This document shows, in pieces, positions 12,184-23,180 of a stretch of 63,752 nucleotides of DNA. The stretch's first letter is position 1; the number at the start of each line of letters is the position of its first letter. The notes below the pieces were generated by a model. It saw nothing but the letters and a program-made list of their open reading frames with translations, made no database searches and was not told the DNA's origin. Both the position numbers and the translations under genes were made by a program. Origin of the DNA: Rhynchobatus australiae (Eukaryota). The stretch lies in assembly GCA_034780895.1 (NCBI GenBank), contig JAUZTB010000082.1, positions 3,165,699-3,229,450 on the forward strand. The letters run 5' to 3'.

Positions 12184-13009
12184 CTTCATGATGGTACTCA
12201 ATATCATTTTATTAGTCAATGGAAACAATTTCTCAGAAGTAGCCTTAATATAATTTTCCACAATCTTGATGAATAAGCTTTAGTTCATTTATGAAACCTC
12301 TGAAGTCTCCAGTTTCTTAATCACTTTATGTGTCTTCTTCGTTAATATCTTTCTGAATTTATGCAGCACTATTTGTATTGCCTTCTTAACCTTAATTTAA
12401 AAGGGTGCCCAAAACAGCGAATTATATTCCTACTGGTTTGTATGTTCATCTCTTCTACTCTAAATCTCCAGATAAATAAACAAAAAATTCTTTGGTCTTT
12501 TTTATTGTTTGGCCTATCTATACTGTGAAATTTCCAAGTTAGTAGTTGGTGAGGGAGGCAAGGATATGGTATTTTTGGATTTTCAAAGAAATTTGAGAAT
12601 GTACTGCACTTTAAGAAGTATCTGGATAAGCACTTGAAGCACCAATGCACGTGGACCAAATGCTGGAAAATTAGAATTGTTAGATAGGACTTGATCATCA
12701 GCACAGACAGGGGTGGGTCAAATGGTCTGTTTCCATGCTGGGCATTTCCATCGCTCAGTTTTTCCAAACTATTTTAAACTTTTTCTAGAACTCTAATTAC
12801 TACATCCACCATTTGTCCTATCCCTTCCTGTCATTTATCTTTAGTGTAATTTCATTTTTAAAAAAAAACTAAATCTGCCCTCCACCTTACTAGTTTAGAT
12901 CCTTTGTCAGCTCTATCCCCTTTCCATGAGACACTTCAGTTATGGTAGAGCCCTTGCTATTGGCAGAGCCATGCTGACAATGCCTGTGATAGAAGGGAAT
13001 TGGAAGCAA

Positions 13010-13135
13010 GGAATCAGATACTGCAGATGCTGGAATCTGGAGCAATAAAAACAACTGCTGGAGGAACTCAGCAGGTCAGACAGCATCCATGGAGGGAAAT
13101 GGAGAGTTGGTGTTTTAGGCTGAGACACTGCCAGA
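13010..13135. mobile_element. Penelope-like terminal repeat copy
   Basis: ctgcagatgctggaatctggagcaa...ctgctggaggaactcagcaggtcagacagcatccatggagggaaatgg. Confidence 0.7.
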
Positions 13136-13199
13136 TATAGTATGATTACTACAATACTACTGGGGGGAAAAAAAATCAAGACTGGGGATTTATTGAAAC

Positions 13200-14770
13200 A
13201 GCTGCACTTAGAGATAACAAGGACTGTGGATAAAAATTACACACTCTTCAGGACAGAAAGATTCCCTGTAGATAAAATAGTGAATTAACTACATAAATGG
13301 AGATCGTTTACAGACCACCTAAAAGCAGAAACAAGATGGAGGATGAAATATGCAAATTAAAGAATCCAGCAGAAAAGAAACAGCAAGAGAATTTCAAGTA
13401 AATTAATTGGCTGCCTCTTTCTTCATGGTTCTCCAGGCAGTGATCCCTATTTTCCTATCAGAGATTTGGATTAACAGGTACCTCAAGGCACTGGAGAAAT
13501 ACCAATGTTGTCTCCATAAAATCCTCCAAATCTACTGGGAAGAATAAATAAAGGAACATCATTTTTTCCCAGGTCACTGTCCCCTTGCTCTAAGCTCTCA
13601 AGTCAGCTATGTTGGGTAGGCCACAGCATTCACATGCTTGACACCAGCCTCCCATGACAGACACTGTTCCAAGCCTTGTCACAGGAAGAGATTACCAGAT
13701 GGACAGTGAAAAAGATTTAAAAAGTTCTCAAAGCCTCCTTGGAAAAAGTGCAACATTCCCACCAACTCCTGGGAATCACTGGCCTATGATCACTTAAGTG
13801 GAGGGAGGAGCATTTGGGATTCAAGAACCTAGGAACGAACACACTGGCCAGCATGAACAGCAGGAGGAGCGCACCATCTCACAAACACCTGCCTATCTAT
13901 TCTATCAGTTACCTTCTGCCCCATCTGGGGAAGGGTCTGTGGGTCCTACATTGGAATGATCAGACACAGAATAACAGAACCTGAGTCATCCGTGAACCCA
14001 AGGGGCCAAGGAGAAAATTAATTGGCCAGACAGGGTTGGCAAAGTGGATAATGGAATGGAATCCCCATTGTATGAATGACTCATTTTTAATCCAATTAGG
14101 AAAGCAGATTCAAACTGAAGAACTGAATTATCATGAAAATAAAGCAAAATATTGACAGGAAAGCAAATGGCACAAAATTGGGACAGTAATACTGTTCCAG
14201 ACAGAAGGACAGGGTAAAATGACAGACTTCAATCATGAAATAAGAGGAATATAGTTACTTTGCTTCTGTATTTACGAGGTAATTAAATAAGCTGGCTATG
14301 ACAGAATAGAAATTACAAATGTTTTTAAAATAAAGAGAAACATCAAATAACTAAATTATATCCATGAATATCAAAATAAAAAAGGACAGCAGTGACTATT
14401 ACATTCAACATTTTTATTCGAAAATGTCTCAGACTATTAGATAACTAATGTAAATTTATGTTTAATAAGGAAGACATATCCACAAAACTACAGGCTGAGG
14501 TTTAACACTGGTGGCAGGAAAATTAATGGAATTTCTATTAGAGAAAGTAGAAACTAAAAATATAAAAAGAACAATCAGCATGGATTTCCAAAGGAAAATC
14601 TTACCTGACCAACCTCATTGAGTCCTTCGAGGAATATATAAATTTCTCAAAGGCTTTCACTGAGATGCCATGTAATAGATTCATGAAAATGGCCAGACCA
14701 GGCAGAATCTGGGGCCAAGTTGTAGAATGGATTGCTAAATAACTCAAGAATAGAAAGTAGAGAATGTCAT
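13200..14770 (+). mobile_element. Old degenerate CR1 (endonuclease to RT N-part), split by an RTE insertion
   Basis: YRPP and FxxxINW endonuclease remnants; aatcagcatggattt...accaacctcattgagtccttcgagga (NQHGF..TNLIExFEE). Confidence 0.65.
13412..14014 (+). mobile_element. RTE LINE 3' fragment flanked by a 12-bp target-site duplication AAATTAATTGGC
   Basis: LKALEKY...KILQIYW remnants, similar to 2400-3172; TSD at 13400-13411 and 14015-14026. Confidence 0.75.
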
Positions 14771-14829
14771 GCTATGAATTTCAAAACAGGCAAGTATGGA
14801 GTATTCTGACATGAAGCAGGACGGAAAAT

Positions 14830-15200
14830 TGGGGTCTAAATGGGCTTAACAGAAGAGATGGTGAGGGAGGCATAGGGGCAGGGGTAACATTGGGACAGTT
14901 GCAGGGAAGGGTGCCTGGAGGGGGATTGGTGGGGAGAGATGAATGGACAAGGGAGTCATGGAGAGAGCAATCCTTGTGGAAAACAGAGGGAGGAAGATGT
15001 GCCTAGTGGTGGGATCCTGTTGGAGATGGCAGAAGTTGTGGAGAATGACATGTTGGATGCGGAGGCTTGTGGGGTGGTAGGTAAGGTCAAGGGGAACCCT
15101 ATCCCTGTTATGCTGGTGGTGGGGGGGGGGGAGAAAATGGAGATGTGGGTGAGGATGGCATTGACAGCAGTGGAGGGGGAAGTCCCGTTCATTTCTGTTT
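14830..15200 (-). mobile_element. Penelope-like element ORF fragment (RT to GIY-YIG linker)
   Basis: Minus strand reads RDRVPLDLTYHPTSLRIQHVILHNFCHLQQDPTTRHIF...DCSLHDSLVHS...PCNCP.CYPCPY, a Cys-knuckle linker typical of vertebrate PLEs. Confidence 0.8.
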
Positions 15201-16699
15201 CATGACACTTTAAAACCTATTGGTCCAAGTTTTTAGTCACCTAAAACCTCCTGAATTGGCTGGGTGTCAGAATTTCTGATATTGCTTCTGGGATGTTTTA
15301 TTCAGTTAATAATAGGCAGTGTTGCTCACTCATTTCTTAAGTCCTGATTGAGGAACTAACGTGTTACTTCCATTTGTTTCTTTATGCTGCGACCCCATCC
15401 ACTTTCACCTCCCATCTGCAGTAAGCTTCAGTGGACCCTAGGTGGCAGTCCAATCCATATGCAAGCAACTCGAGTGTGATGGAATTATCCCTGAAGTTCA
15501 CCTTGGGTCAATGATCTCCTGTCCTGGGCTGTACATCCCTTCTCATCAGTTTGAGAAGGAAAACAAGGCAAATTTTCCCATCAATCCCATTCCTGCTTGA
15601 TGCATCTTAGCTCCACTCCTATCTTCTCTCTCTTTTGGTCAGTTTGTCTCCTGAAATTGCTCCTGATTCATCTTGGATCAAAACTGGAATGTTTTCACCC
15701 CATTCTGCGTGTTGTTAAGACATCCCTCAATAACTACTACTACTGCGTATTAGGAAATTAGCTATCTCTCTGGTACTGTCTGAAGCAAAACAGGAAGAAA
15801 TAGTCTGTTGAATGTTACTAAGAAACAGTGTTTCTAAAGGAAGTAATAATCCAAGTGTAGAAAAACTTAGTATTGATCACCAAGCAATCAGTATTACAAT
15901 AAACTCAGAATGACCTGAATTTAGACAATCCATGGCAATCTCTCGAGTTATGCTGAGAACCTCCTTGGTTGGGGAACAGAACGAGTCAGGAGGGATGGCA
16001 ATTTTTCTTAATCATCCAGCACAATATTGGTAGATTGGCAGAAACAGAATGGAGTCCCTGGTGTCAGGGTCCATTACGCAAGTAATCACAGTCAACTGGC
16101 AAAATGACTTTTCAAACATCTGGATCACATTTCAATATGAGAAGTTTTGAATATTTGTGATATTCTAGTCAATTAGTTCTGCACTTGACTGTGCCATAAC
16201 TGACAGAGGAAAAAGGCATGAACACCTACACAATTCTAAAATGTACTCAACAGGCTTTGATTAAGCTACCCAGTAAGATCATCTTATTTACTGGAAAATG
16301 AGGAAGGACCATTTGGAAAAAACATTTGTTGAATTAAATCCATGAGATGATTTAACACTATCATCTTGAGCTGATTTCAATACTGCTGAATAAACTAGTT
16401 TGGGTAATTAATTGAACACGATCAGTTTATAGCATTCAAAGAATCATTTGAAGTAACATCTCTGATGGTTTGGAATACAGGAAATAATTGTCTGTGGGAG
16501 CTATAACATCTGATGAGAGCTTGAAATGCAAAACTATTGAAGATTGTACAAGATACCTCCGCAGTGTTTGCACAGTTGTCAAGGAACATGAAGCAGTTAA
16601 ATGCAACAAACCTACACCTAGTTAGCATTTGGCTAAAATATCTCTTAAATATATTCCTCAGTTTCTTTCCCCAGCAGAGGATCTCCTAACAGAGATTTT

Positions 16700-17230
16700 A
16701 GCAGCCTCTCATTGTAAAAAAAACCCAGGGGACACAAAATGAGGGAGAGGGATTAAAGGGATTTGAGAAGATCTTGATTTATGTACAGCATCATTGATAT
16801 CTGTAACTCACTGCCAAAGGAGGTGGAGGAGTCAGATACAATCACTATGTTAGAGGCATTTAGACAAGCATTTGAATAGGCATAGAAGAATATGGACCTA
16901 ATGCAGGCAAATGGAATGAGAGTGGATGAGCAAAAAGTCAGCATGGGCCAAAGGACCCGCTCCTGTGCTGTACAACATGATTCTGAGGACGATGGTCAGA
17001 AGAACCAAAAATGACACAAAGAAAAGCTTTTTTCACCTCCGTGAGTAGTTAGCGTCTGAAGTGCACTGCCAAGGCTAGTCCTGGAAGAAGGTTCAATTGT
17101 ACCATTCGAAAAAGAGCTGGTTAAGTAGCTGAAAGAGAATTGATAAGGCTGTAGGAAGAGGGCAGGTGGTGAGACTAGCTTGATTTCTCTTGCATGGAAT
17201 AGGTACCAACTCAGAAGTCCTTCTGTGACT
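16700..17230 (+). mobile_element. Two tandem CR1 3' fragments
   Basis: ctgccaaaggaggtggaggagtcagataca...tttagacaagcatttgaatagg, then a second degenerate copy. Confidence 0.6.
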
Positions 17231-17779
17231 CAAAAAAAAATGCCCATTTTAACCTTTCAGAACCCTCTGCTTATATCAGCTTTTCCAAACTCCCTTTGTG
17301 TAATCTTTAAATATTTGGGAATGTTAAGGCAAAAGAAAATAAACATCACTTCCTCAATCTTTTCCACCAAGCTTGAATTCTTAACACTGGCATTGCACTA
17401 CTTTCCTTGATCAGCTTTATATAGTTTAATGGATAATAATATCCATCTTTTGATGGTCAACTCAGTTCTTGGTACAAGCACAATATTTACATAATGTCCA
17501 TCAAAAACACTTTAGAAAATTTTCCTTTTCAGCTAGCACTTACATCCTTCACCATAACCCCACCACCTGACTTCCACCCAAACTCCAAGCCACTTTCCTT
17601 CAGATCAAGGGCTCCCGAGGATGTGACAAGATGCTACACAAATTCAACTTGCTTCCTCTGAATTTCCAAAACACATTTTCAGTCTGGTGTTTACTCTGAT
17701 CATCTTGTGCAATGGCTTAAATGAAATATCACTGCCCTGCAGCAACTTTCATGCTTCACTATAAATCTACACTCTCTCT

Positions 17780-18090
17780 CAGGACCACACAGTGATACCG
17801 TCTGGAGCTATGCTCCTGGTAGGGTCACCCATGGTGGTAAGGTCGATGACAAAGTCCCTAACAAAGAACAATCCAACCAAGATCTCAACGGTGGAATAGG
17901 CAGATGATGTTATTTTGAACTCAATGGCTGTGAAGGCAGATGAAGGCTGCAACAAATCCATCCGCTCCAGTCATTGTGGTTTCCATGCCATTGGAATCAG
18001 TTGGTTGATTGAAGTATCATGTGCTTTTTGTAGTGCAACATCAAGTACATGTTAAACACATGCACAGGCGTCTTCGCTCTGTGGGCTACT
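17780..18090 (+). mobile_element. RTE/Expander-like 5' head (possibly non-autonomous)
   Basis: ggagctatgctcctggtagggtcacccatggtggtaaggtc resembles the 5'UTR of Rex3/Expander/BovB RTEs as recalled. Confidence 0.5.
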
Positions 18091-19124
18091 TTGATAGAAC
18101 ATAAGCCACTTGAGAGCCCATAAATAGATCAGCAGAACAAAGACCATCATCCTTGACCTCAAGCGATTGCCATGACGATGACACCCTCTCTCACAACCCC
18201 TTGCCCTAACCAACCCAAGGTCACCACTTTTACCTTCATTACCAAATTGGTACCAAACAAAATTTCTACCTGGTTCCAAAGCGTGGATCTTACTTTCCAA
18301 TCTGCTGGGATCTGAGAATTTAGTTAAACTGTCACACTTCTCTTACCACTCCTTCAATTCTCAGCAGGGCCATGAATATCAAGAGGTTTGGCACAAGGAG
18401 CATTATTGGCCCCAATTGCAGACACAGTCTTGGCTGCAGGAAAACTATTCCTTGGAACCGAAGCCAAAAGCCATTTCACAATTATACTTGATACCATTAC
18501 ATCTCATAGCATCCCAACAGTTTGTTCAAACAAACATGACTGCCTTATTAAAACAAGCTTTTCCTACAAGGTAGTGCAGATTACTGTTGGTTTGCATGCT
18601 ACAATAAACCACAGGTCACAAGAGGTTAAGGAACAGCTCGATGAAAGAGGAAACTCGAGTGCAGAGACCAATTGGGCTAAATGACTCGTCTCACTGCTCA
18701 TCTTGCGTAACAATCCTTGGACTGATTTGCAGACAGACAATGAAACGTTCATGTTGTGCCAGTGCTGGATAAGGATATGCTTTGCTTTGCTTTGCCCTCG
18801 CTGTGTGGACGCTTGGTCAGGAGTCCTGCTCCTGCAGTGTTACTCACTCAGCCCTCCACGGCCTCGTGCTAGATAGGAAGCAATCATGGACCATTTGACT
18901 ACAGCAATCACCACAACTAGATTCAGATTTCCTTACATATTGATCCTCAGACCAGCATCACAAAATGTAGGGAGACTACCCAGTCCTTTGGAGGTTAGCC
19001 TGATTAGAAAAAGTCTTGCACTTTCAGACCTTCAAGGAATCAGGTCTTTTTTAAATCTCTCGTACTCAATCTGAAAGACTGTTCCAAGGAAAGACAGAAG
19101 GAGGAAGGAACACAGATAGATAGA

Positions 19125-19250
19125 AACAAAACGACTGAAGATGCTCAAATCCAGAGCAATAAACAAATCTACTGGAGGAACTCAGTGGGAAGCATCTATG
19201 GGGGAAGAGAAATTGTCAATGTTTTGTGTTGAATCCCTGCATCAAGACAT
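19125..19250. mobile_element. Penelope-like terminal repeat copy
   Basis: ctgaagatgctcaaatccagagc...ctactggaggaactcagtggg...atctatggggg. Confidence 0.6.
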
Positions 19251-20018
19251 TAGGATATTAGATGGATATATACAGACAACATTAAGACATCCTGAACTAC
19301 TTTAAGGTCTTGCATTGAGTCAGTTACTGTTATAACATTATAATGGGGAGGCAAATTGTACACAACTAGTTCCCACTGAAAAATGTGATAGTGATCAGAA
19401 AGTTATTTGTTTGTAAAATGATTAAGCAAATGTACAGAACACTGGGAAAAGTTTCCCCTCTTTGAAAGAGCTATGAGGTTTCTTACATCATATGAGAGAG
19501 CCAATATCTCATTCAAAAGTATTGATCGTTCATTGAATGAGGAATTCATACTCAAACAGGAATTCTAACTAATTGTGTCATGTTTGGGAACCAAGGCCAG
19601 TTATATCCAATGAAACTAAATCAACACAGACCAGCAACTGTGACATTCTAGTCTGCAACAGGAAGAAAAGGGAAGTTTCTTGGTAGGGCACCATCACCTC
19701 CGACAGTTCGTTATTAGTCTTCGTTCCTGGAATAGTCAAGACAAACTGCTCCATTCAACTTCCATAGCCACCTTAATGGGTACTGGAAATATCTGAGTCA
19801 AATCAAATGGAATATCTGTTACAGGGCACGATGTTTGGATGTGTGTGTACTGGAGCCAACCAGATTGGTGGAGCAAGGGGGTAATTACAACACCAACCAC
19901 CTCACTGACATCTGTGTCACAGATGCCTGGTGAAGTGGTATCTCAGGCCCTTCCACCAGGATAGCAAAGTACCTGCAGGCACTGGCGTCTACCAAAGTGG
20001 GATTTACTTCTGAACTTT

Positions 20019-20141
20019 TAGCGCGATGCTATTACAGCGCCAACGATCGGGGTTCGATTCCCATCGCTGTCTGTAAGGAGTTTGTACGTTCTCCTGTGTC
20101 TGCGTGGGTTTCCTCTGGGTGCTCCAGTTTCCTCCCGCATT
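20019..20141 (+). mobile_element. Young V-SINE 5' part (runs into an N-gap)
   Basis: gggttcgattcc B-box, then ctgtaaggagtttgtacgttctcc...gggtttcctctgggtgctccagtttcctccc. Confidence 0.85.
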
Positions 20142-21166
20142 NNNNNNNNNNNNNNNNNNNNNNNNNNNNNNNNNNNNNNNNNNNNNNNNNNNNNNNNNNN
20201 NNNNNNNNNNNNNNNNNNNNNNNNNNNNNNNNNNNNNNNNNTCAGCTCAGCCACAGTATTCAAGCAAAGCAAATTTTAAAGAAGTGAATACGAATTATTC
20301 AAATAGCCACTTGGCCTGGAAAAGCCAATTCCATGTTTCACATTTCTGGCATCTTGTCAATGGTGCATTATGCAATAAATGTACTTTGCCTAGTTAGTTG
20401 TAGGTCCAGAGGGATACACTGGTACCCCATCAGTCCTGTTGACGTGCCACCTAACTGGTGATTTTTGTCTCCTGTACACATGCCTAAGNNNNNNNNNNAC
20501 AGATCTTCTCACCCATCCATCAAGTTAGCTTCAATCCTTTATCTTTCTCCCTTCTGTCTGTATCTATTCTCTATCAGCACCTGCACTGACTGGACAAGAA
20601 GTATTCAGAAAAGAGAACCGTGTCAATTCTTGGTTTGGTAAACTGGAGAAGACATTTGGAATGACTTGGCCACATGAAAATATCTGGCATTTATGGGAAT
20701 AAACATGCATGTTACAGCCCATCGAATAACATCAACCATGGGAAGCCCCAATCTTGTGGGTGTGGGATCAAATGGCCCTATGATCCTGCTTTGAACTACA
20801 AAGTGGGTTGCCTCCAGCAAGATTACCTTGCAAGAGGGAACCATCAGTCATCACATTGTAACAGCCTATTGCAAAGCATCTTTAAGATTTTCCTGAAAAC
20901 CAACCNNNNNNNNNNNNNNNNNNNNNNNNNNNNNNNNNNNNNNNNNNNNNNNNNNNNNNNNNNNNNNNNNGTAAAGCTTCTCAGCATATTCTAGGTGCCA
21001 AACCTCCTGTGAATACAATTTACTTATAAAGCCTCCTACTGCATATTCTCAGGAGATGAGAAAAAGAACAAAGTAATTTTTTTTAAAAAAATGGTTAAAT
21101 GTGAAGGTATCCATTCCACCCCCCCCCATACACTCAAAATTCTACCTCCCAAATAAACTGAACTAT

Positions 21167-21172
21167 TTTAAT
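21167..21172 (-). terminator. ATTAAA candidate poly(A) signal
   Basis: About 175 nt after the candidate stop at 21346, followed by U/GU-rich sequence on the minus strand. Confidence 0.3.
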
Positions 21173-21345
21173 GTCCACTTAATCATTCATCACACTCTTA
21201 ATGCAACCAGGCAAGATTTATGTGAATCGTATGGTGTTTTGGTTTATGAGCTTGCTGACATCTGTTACCACACACACAAAATCTTCACAAAAACATGAAC
21301 AAACAACAAGCCAGGTTGGCACAAAAGTTCCAAAGGTTGCCGGCC

Positions 21346-21398
21346 TCAGACCTTCAGGTTAGGAGGTAATTCACATTCAGTTGCTGTTAAGTGAACAC
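21346..21398 (-). CDS. Candidate terminal coding exon (SVHLTATECELPPNLKV*)
   Basis: Acceptor ctcgtttttctgtag, phase 1, open to TGA; ATTAAA at 21167-21172 downstream on the minus strand. Confidence 0.4.
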
Positions 21399-21529
21399 CT
21401 ACAGAAAAACGAGTGTTAACACAAGCCAGTCCTGAGGGCAATGTTTCCACCTGCCCCCACCCCACCCCCAACACCTTCAATTTTTTCCTTGCTGCATTGC
21501 TACATCTCACCTCCAAGTTCCTACATGAG

Positions 21530-21870
21530 CAGGGCTAATCTTCAGAACTAATGGAAACCAGCAGCACCTACACTTCAGAAACAAGATCACCACAATTTCA
21601 GTGGCTGTGCTGAAGTAGGCAGATGATGCATGCATTTGCTCAAGCAGAGAAGCCATGCTCCAAGCCAGCCTCATCATTCACTGGGCCATACCAGNNNNNN
21701 NNNNNNNNNCTCATGGGCAAGACAACAGTCCTCTACCAACTTGCCCCTACTGCCCTCCAACAATAGCAGTTCACGGTGAGTCTCTGGAAAATGTGGTTCA
21801 GTCTTTGTATCTTGGGAGCCACCTCTCAGTAAAGAAATCACTGACAACCTAACCTAATCATGATCTAAGA
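21530..21870 (+). mobile_element. RTE RT fragment
   Basis: Degenerate YADD-like region (gcagatgat) and ESLENV...YLGSHLS. Confidence 0.55.
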
Positions 21871-22305
21871 ATTTTGTGCATGAAATTCCCAAACACCAAT
21901 GTGTGTACTTGAATAGATAGTGATTGAGAACAAAGAGGTCGTTAGAACCCATTTCAGAGACAGGTCCTTCAATTGGAGGTTTCTGGCAGACCATCTCAGT
22001 ACAACTCTTGTTCTGAGAAATGAGAAAAATATTTACAACCTTTCAGACTTCATTTTTGTACATTGCTATTCAGTGAGATGAGTCTTCAAATTAAACAATG
22101 AAGTAATACAAAATGAGGACAGAATACAATTTAACAGATGTTGCCAGAGAGAAGAATTCTTCCCTTCATTTGTGCAGGAGTGATGTGTAGACACAAGTTC
22201 TGTGTCTACAGCATACATTGAAGTAGTGCTATGAGAGGCCAGCCTGCAACAATTTTGTGCAAGTTTCCCAACTTCCAATATTTAACCAAGCATGAGGTAC
22301 AAGTG

Positions 22306-22373
22306 TCAGGTGGAGTAACACAAGTCATAACTATATGTCCATACACAAATGCCTGTACTCTGATCTCCCACCA
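22306..22373 (-). CDS. Alternative candidate terminal exon (MVGDQSTGICVWTYSYDLCYST*)
   Basis: Long pyrimidine tract tttttctctccttcaatctgctgtcgcacttctgcag, phase 1, open to TGA. Confidence 0.3.
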
Positions 22374-23124
22374 CTGCAGAAGTGCGACAGCAGATTGAAG
22401 GAGAGAAAAATCATTGGCGGAACACCAGAGGACTGGATTGGGAGAGAATGCAAGGGGAGGAGTAGATGATTGATGGCAGGGTAGGCAGGTGAGAGGATCA
22501 TGACAAATGACAGTGAGGACGATGGGTAGTCTTCATGGCACTTTAATGCCCAATAATTTTTTATGCAGTGAATCAACATGAACATTGCATGCTGTGTGAC
22601 AACTCTATGCTGCATGTGGACAATGTACAGAGGACCCAGACTGAGAATCCAGATGTGCAAAAAAGTGCCCAATTGTATTTATTATTCAAATCTTAGAAAT
22701 TATCATGCAATACCTAGAAACGTATGACATGGAATATCAAACACTTAGATTTTAAAAAAGGTACACCACTTATTCCACCAGGAAGCATCAGGTCAAGAAA
22801 AACTTTGACCCCAGTGACTTTGCTCTTCGGTCAACTTTGNNNNNNNNNNNNNNNNNNNNNNNNNNNNNNNNNNNNNNNNNNNNNNNNNNNNNNNNNNNNN
22901 NNNNNNNNNNNNNNNNNNNNNNNNNNNNNNNNNNNNNNNNNNNNNNNNNNNNNNNNNNNNNNNNNNNNNNNNNNNNNNNNNNNNNNNNNNNNNNNNNNNN
23001 NNNNNNNNNNNNNNNNNNNNNNGGTGTGAAGTTGCAGTATTCAAAGATGTGCATCAGGTGCCAACATATTGAACTAACCTAGAGTGCAGATGATTAATCC
23101 AGTGGCATAACCATCATACTACCA

Positions 23125-23130
23125 TTTATT
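23125..23130 (-). terminator. AATAAA poly(A) signal about 50 nt after the read-through stop of the EF-hand exon
   Basis: tttatt on the plus strand, just downstream of tandem TAA TAA stops (23178-23183). Confidence 0.4.
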
Positions 23131-23180
23131 ACCCAATTCCCAGCATCCTTAACCTTGATGAACATAAAGTCAGAAAGTTA

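Noticed and set aside
15695-15800. Strong minus-strand acceptor with a short open frame (STREIANFLIRSSSSY...)
   Set aside because: 7.4 kb past the EF-hand exon, beyond nearer acceptors and poly(A) signals; no homology.
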